A stretch of DNA of 64,000 bases from Flectonema sp. DT1601 (lineage: Eukaryota), in NCBI GenBank assembly GCA_964019425.1, contig OZ025796.1:248001-312000 (forward strand), given 5' to 3'. The notes under the pieces were generated by a model. That model made no database searches. It worked only from the letters and a program-made list of their open reading frames with translations, and was not told where the DNA came from. Both the position numbers and the translations under genes were made by a program. This document shows, in pieces, positions 58,518 to 64,000 of this stretch; the stretch's first letter is position 1; each line of letters opens with the position of its first letter.

Positions 58518-60095
58518 CGACCGTTTATTCTTGTGGGGAAGACAGGGGAGGAGACAATATTATCACTTGCAATGGGGGATGGATGCTACTAGAGGCAATC
58601 AAAATGGTAACGAACACATTAATAAAAAAAAAGGGGCAGGGGGAAAAAAAACAAATGGGAAAGCTGAATAACAACAAACGATAGAAAAACGAGAAAGAAA
58701 AATTATATATAAAAAAATTTACGCAAATCACGCAGCTTTTTCTCTTTTTACTACTCGACAAGACGAGGCAACAAGACAAAAAGCTGTCACGGAAAGCGTT
58801 AACAATGTGCCCCTTTTTTCGTGCTTAGGGAGATAGCCAAAACCCTACTAAGGTTCACTTTACTTTCGAACCAATTTTTTTAAAAAAAAAAAGGAAATGC
58901 AAAACAGGAAAGAAATCACAGGGGACGAAATATGATTTTATTTTATTTATTTTTTTTCATTCCGGGATCAGAATTCCAACTCTCGATTTCCAGAGAAGTT
59001 TCTGAGGTCCACTTCATTTTTTTTTTTTTTTTTTTTTTTTTTTCTATAAAACCTTCTACCAAAAAAAAGTACCAGAAACATAGTATAGAAAAGGAACCGC
59101 TTATCGATCAGTTGGTAAAAAGATGGGGGCTTTGTTTGTTTCTGTCCACTAATCAAACAAATCGTTTTCCCCCACTCACGTAACGAACGGACAAGAATAC
59201 ATCAGCCAAAAGCCATCGATCGTATGAGGAAAAAAAAAAAAGGTTTTTCTACAAAAACAAAAAGCAATGTGTGACAATAACACTTACCATTGTTTGGGGA
59301 AAAAAAGGGTCAAAAAAGGAAACGTCTCTCATCAGTTTTTTTGTTTTTGTTTTCCTTTCCGAAAGCTTAGACCTGAAAAGCTACCAAATCAGAGGGAGAA
59401 GGAACTATAATTTAAAAAAAAAAAAAAAAAAAGAACGCCAAAATAGGTAAACAAGCTAAAATAAGAAGAAAAAAAGGAGATAAATACCAAAAGAAGTTGT
59501 GCAACACTTCAGGTGAAAAAACTCCAAAAAGAAATAAAAGAAAAAGTTTCAAAAAAAAACTGTTGTAGACCACAACTTATGATCTCGTTCAAGAATTAAA
59601 TACCTTTGTTATCCGTCGCCTTGATTGCGAACTGCTTCCTTTTTTTTTTTTTTATTAAGTAGCTTGGCATCAACGGCCGCCACTGCAAAAAAAAATAAAC
59701 TAAATTAAGGCAATCTTTCCAGAAAACATTGTGGTCAGAGAATTTTCGTCACTATTGAAAAAAAGAAAAAACCGCATTCCGCTCGTTTGATAAATAGGAA
59801 ATCAACGAGAAGAGCGGCAAAGAGGCAAAAGGGAGAGGAAAAGGGAGGGAAAGAGAGCTTCCCAATTATTTATCATTGTAGTTTTTGTTTTTTTTTTTGT
59901 TTTTACCTAATTCGTATTTTTTTTTTTTTTTTTTAAATTACATATCCCCTCTAATCCCTCCATATTAGGAAGGAAAAAACTGAGATAAGCATCGCAGAGA
60001 GAAATCTACCAAAAAAGACATAAGGGGAAAAAGAAAAAAGAAACCACAGTTGAAAAATGGTTTCTTTTTTTTTTTTTTTATTACAGCCGCACTAT

Positions 60096-60783
60096 CTATC
60101 CCTCAACCACCACAGCTGGTGGCTGTGATCGGGAACGAGGGCGAGAATTTGAACCATCGCCAGCTTCACCACTTTCCGTTGATGCAGCTGAACGGCTTCT
60201 TGCACTTGAGACGCCACTTTGTTCTAATGCACGTCCTCTGGAAGAGACACTCTCAGTGTCATCATGCATTGCAACGCTCCCAATAGGAGTAGGCATCTGC
60301 ACTCCCGATGCAAGCGGAATAGAGCCATTAACCCTAAAACAAGGATAGTGGAACCCAGCATACTGTGCTGGTGGAGTGTAGTACGGATCATGTGGTGAGT
60401 GCGGCACAGAATACATTGAAGAACCATTGCTACATGGGAACGATGGAACACTTTGGTATGAATTCCACCTGTTTTTGATTTGAATAAGCCAAGTCAAATA
60501 TATATTTTTTTTCAAAAAAAATAAAAAAGTACACATACCCTCCGGAGACGACTTCAACTTCAATATCGTCATCTGCTACGACTTCACACTTCTTTGGTGG
60601 CATACTATGGTAAGCAGCAGCAACAGGAATGTAATCTCTCGATAAATCCATTGGCTGCTGTGGTTGTGGATGCATTCTGTATCCTCCAATAGGAACCTGA
60701 CATGGAACTCCCTGAACCTGCGGCAGCATTTGCTGCTGTGGTGGCATTGCCGGCATTGAAATAACGCGACCGATGACTGCCAT
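60096..60783 (-). CDS. Small Pro/Gln/Ser-rich disordered protein (~205 aa), 2 exons
   Basis: Two track ORFs join through intron 60538-60469 (GTATGT...AAAAACAG): EVVSGG|WNSYQSVPSF; contains HSPHDPY. Confidence 0.75.
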
Positions 60784-60857
60784 ATTCTTGAATAGTTTAG
60801 TTTGTTGAGTGCTAATTACTAGAAACTGATCAGGGGAGTTTGAAAATATTTTACAAA

Positions 60858-60938
60858 GACACAAATGCTAATTATATAATGTTAGTATAGGCAAACACTC
60901 TACACATGACGCAGAAGACTTTCTAACTCAGCTGCATA
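60858..60938. repeat. Dispersed repeat family D copy
   Basis: Homologous to 9550-9644. Confidence 0.6.
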
Positions 60939-61193
60939 GTTTTTTTTGCGAAATAAAGGAGGGGGGATGAAATAACAAATAAATAAACGACTCTACTAAA
61001 TTTTATCACAAAAAAAGAAATTTAATGTGGAAAAAATAAATAAATAAATTAAAAAACCACACTTTCGGAACATAGACATGTTATACAGGACAATAACGAC
61101 CAATGGTATTTTCAAGTTCCGTTGGAAGAGAGGAGGGGAAGAAAAAAAAATGAAAAAAAAAGAAGAATAAGTCTTACGTGTGTTGCTCAAATC

Positions 61194-61228
<35 letters not shown>

Positions 61229-61312
61229 GTTTTCCCTGAACCCTCATAGAGAAACATAAACAAGTGATACAGGCAGCTGGCCAATGGGGTTGTTTGTATT
61301 TTTGGATAATTG

Positions 61313-61351
<39 letters not shown>

Positions 61352-61637
61352 CTGGGAAGAAAACTTTTTTTTTCCCATTGCAGTTTGGTTAAATAGGAGC
61401 TAGCTGAGGCAAACTGTAAAAAAAAAAAAATCGAACAAAAATAAAAAACGTATGTGGGTAGTTTTTCTACATGTATAAAAAATAAATAAGAGAGAAAGGA
61501 ACAAAAAAACAACAAAAAAAAAGAACTTGACTCTTTAAACTTACAAACGATACAACACTTTTGCCAACATTCTTTTTTTTCTTTTAACTCTTTATGTTTG
61601 GTAAACCATGTTGAATAACGAATGCAACAAAAACAAA

Positions 61638-62141
61638 CTAATTTTCACAATACCAATTAGTCAGTTCGTCTTCAACTGGTTGGCATTGGGAAAAGACAGA
61701 ATTTGATTCGATACATTTACGACAGTTAATCGGGTCATCCGATTGATTTGGGCAAACTGTTGCTACCTTTCTCACACAGTCTGCTGTTGTTGAGTTACAA
61801 ATGTATTTTCCACATCCAGTTCCATGACAAAGAGGTTGAATTTCTAAAAACAATTTTTGTAAACACTCCGACTGACACGTCGAACTCGGTTCGCAGTTGG
61901 CACCCATAGCGTCTATGCACTGTGCTTTGTTTACTGTTGGTAGTGAAGCGTTGCAAAAATAATTTCCAGATCCTGTTCCATTACAGGATGGTTCAAGCAT
62001 TGGATGATTCTTCCTAATGCAGTCAAAGCATGTCGAACCTTTTCGTTCAACATCTCCGCAGAGCTTTGCCATTTCCTTCACACATGTTTCCTTATTTGGA
62101 GTTAAAGCAAGGATGACGACTGCGGTTAATAATGCCAACAT
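61638..62141 (-). CDS. Small secreted cysteine-rich protein, three repeats (167 aa)
   Basis: Signal-peptide-like MLALLTAVVILAL, then three C-x7-C-x(5-9)-C-x(2-3)-C-x(9-11)-C-x(9-11)-C units; 19 Cys in total. Confidence 0.8.
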   Translation of the reverse strand: MLALLTAVVILALTPNKETCVKEMAKLCGDVERKGSTCFDCIRKNHPMLEPSCNGTGSGNYFCNASLPTVNKAQCIDAMGANCEPSSTCQSECLQKLFLEIQPLCHGTGCGKYICNSTTADCVRKVATVCPNQSDDPINCRKCIESNSVFSQCQPVEDELTNWYCEN

Positions 62142-62402
62142 AGTTGTTTTCTTTTTTTTTTGTTTTTTTTTTTTACTGACGGAGAATAAAAAGGTTAAAG
62201 ACAATTCACATTCAGAGAGTAGCAAAAAATATCTAATTTCACTATGAAATAACAAAAACCGGTGATATCCATCAGAAGACTATCACTTCTTTCAATCATA
62301 TGCAGCGAATGCTACAGTTTGGGAGGAAGTAAGGAACCAACGTACTATTGTCCTATTATAAATTACAAAAGGTCATCATGAGTGAATACACCATCATAAT
62401 GA

Positions 62403-63227
62403 TCAAGGAAACATTTCAGCTAAGAAGTCGTCGAACTCATCAATTTGTTTTTCACCATCATTAGAGGGTTTTGGTGCCCATGCTAACTGTTCTGCTTCCC
62501 TGTCAACAGTTGCTTCTTCTTCTTCTTTAACAATGACGTCGTCTTCTTTGGTTTCCTTTTCCTTCTTTGCTTCACAGTCATCGATATGCTGATTAACATT
62601 GATTGGTTCAACCAGAAGCTCAGCTGACGCTGCAGGCTCTAATTTCGGTCGTTTTACAGAAGTAATCGGCTCTTCTTTGCTCTTTTCCATTTTTACAGGT
62701 TTTGCAGGTCCTTCTTTAATGGGTTCCGATACAGGAACAATATCAGGCGGAGGTTCGATTCCGAGTCTTCGATTTTTTTTTACCAAATGGTGATATTGCA
62801 TTTTTTGATTGCATTGAGAGCATAGTCGGACCTTTACGAGGGCTTCTTTTTTTATTTTTTGTTCGACGTATCGGAAAGGGACTTCCAACGTGATTAGAGA
62901 AACTTTGTTCAAACAGCTGATGGCTCCGCAGTGGAACTGACCCTTACCAGATGTGACCTCCGCTTCGACTCTCCATCTCATCCCGATCTTACCTTGCTTA
63001 TAAAACGATAAATCAACCAGTGCATATTCCTTGAAAAGTCTCCTGCAATATGCCTCTGCCAATTTGCTTCCCCATTCATCATTCTTTTTCACACCACTAC
63101 TGCCAACAAATTGGTATGCTTCACGTAACGCTGTATAATCTGACTTGCAACCTTTATCTTTTATTAATTTATACTCTGCTATGAACTTTATATGTTTGTC
63201 CCATGGAGACAGACTTGAGAGTGACAT
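62403..63227 (-). CDS. FRA10AC1: FRA10AC1 homolog (spliceosome-associated protein)
   Basis: WGSKLAEAYCRRLFKEYALVDLSFYK, IGMRWRVEAEVTSGKGQFHCG, EVPFRYVEQ...ALVKVRLCSQC, C-terminal EFDDFLAEMF. Confidence 0.92.
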   Translation of the reverse strand: MSLSSLSPWDKHIKFIAEYKLIKDKGCKSDYTALREAYQFVGSSGVKKNDEWGSKLAEAYCRRLFKEYALVDLSFYKQGKIGMRWRVEAEVTSGKGQFHCGAISCLNKVSLITLEVPFRYVEQKIKKEALVKVRLCSQCNQKMQYHHLVKKNRRLGIEPPPDIVPVSEPIKEGPAKPVKMEKSKEEPITSVKRPKLEPAASAELLVEPINVNQHIDDCEAKKEKETKEDDVIVKEEEEATVDREAEQLAWAPKPSNDGEKQIDEFDDFLAEMFP

Positions 63228-63699
63228 GGTTTAATTAATTTCCTTTTTTGTTTAAAAATTAATTCTAAAATTATTTAAAAAAAAAATAATAACTCAACAG
63301 AAACTTGAATAAATCAGGGGAAAAGGAGGGGAAGAGGAAAAAGGAGAAAAAAAAAAAAAAAACACACGTAAGGAAGTACAACAAATAAGGGGTTTTATTT
63401 CCTATAATCACACACTATATGTTTTTTTCTTTCTTTGCACAGAAGAAGACGAAAAATACAATCGCTATGAACAAGTTAGCTTGAGTAGGAAAAAAAAGGG
63501 GACATATGGGAAGGTTTTTTTTTTTAAAAAAATAAAATAAAAAAATCTACAATATTCGATTGTTACAAAAGCCACCCATCGCTGGCTTGGTAGTTTTATG
63601 TTTCTTTATATTTATTTTATTTTTAATGACAAAAAAAATGTGTCAGGGAAGAAAAAACATTAGTCGCAACGAGAGCATTACATTGCATGTTTTTGTGTA

Positions 63700-63743
<44 letters not shown>

Positions 63744-64000
63744 AGAGAGAGAGAGAGAGAGTGCGAAGAAATCCGAAGGGAGACAATTGTTCAAATCAAA
63801 TCGCTGTTAGATGAATTGCCAGGATAGCCTTTTTTTTTTTTTTTTTTTCGAAATGAATATAACAAACAAATAAACAACACAATACGAAATATAAAGAAAT
63901 CGATCTCTAACACAAATCACCACACCCATTTTTAACGGTTTGGCGACATACTGCGAGAGTGTGATCGAAGAGCAGGCGAAACATATGAGCTTTGGGAACC

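Noticed and set aside
1..64000. Spliced-leader RNA, rRNA, tRNA or autonomous transposon ORFs
   Set aside because: No recognisable SL exon, rRNA block, tRNA cloverleaf, RT, transposase or integrase was seen by eye. tRNAscan-SE and Infernal would be needed to exclude them.

Overview
AT-rich eukaryotic genomic DNA full of poly(A)/poly(T) tracts; most short ORFs in the track are homopolymer artefacts. About 21 protein genes are supported, and all lie on the minus strand, some under 200 nt apart. They include a sorting nexin, a UBX protein, eIF2B-epsilon, an eIF4G-like protein, IQ proteins, a divergent small GTPase, a sulfotransferase, an FtsX-like permease, a Clu/TPR/IQ protein, a TRF4-like pseudo-nucleotidyltransferase, a pseudo-metacaspase, an enoyl-CoA hydratase, an MFS transporter, TRM8, a roadblock light chain, a Cys-rich secreted protein and FRA10AC1. 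I reconstructed 16 GT-AG cis introns by reading-frame restoration. One-strand clustering, cis introns and single-hairpin AGA-box RNAs together suggest a euglenozoan, probably a diplonemid (inference). Highlights: (1) a 2.2-kb intron holds six identical ~70-nt units that fold like single-hairpin H/ACA-like (AGA-box) guide snoRNAs complementary to LSU rRNA helix 69, separated by double-hairpin spacers; (2) every cis-intron acceptor is preceded by an A/AC-rich tract, while AGs upstream of start codons have classic polypyrimidine tracts, a possible cis-versus-trans splicing code; (3) a dispersed ~280-bp structured repeat carries a hammerhead-like core and covarying hairpins, resembling a retrozyme or Penelope-like remnant. 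All folding and splicing was done by eye.
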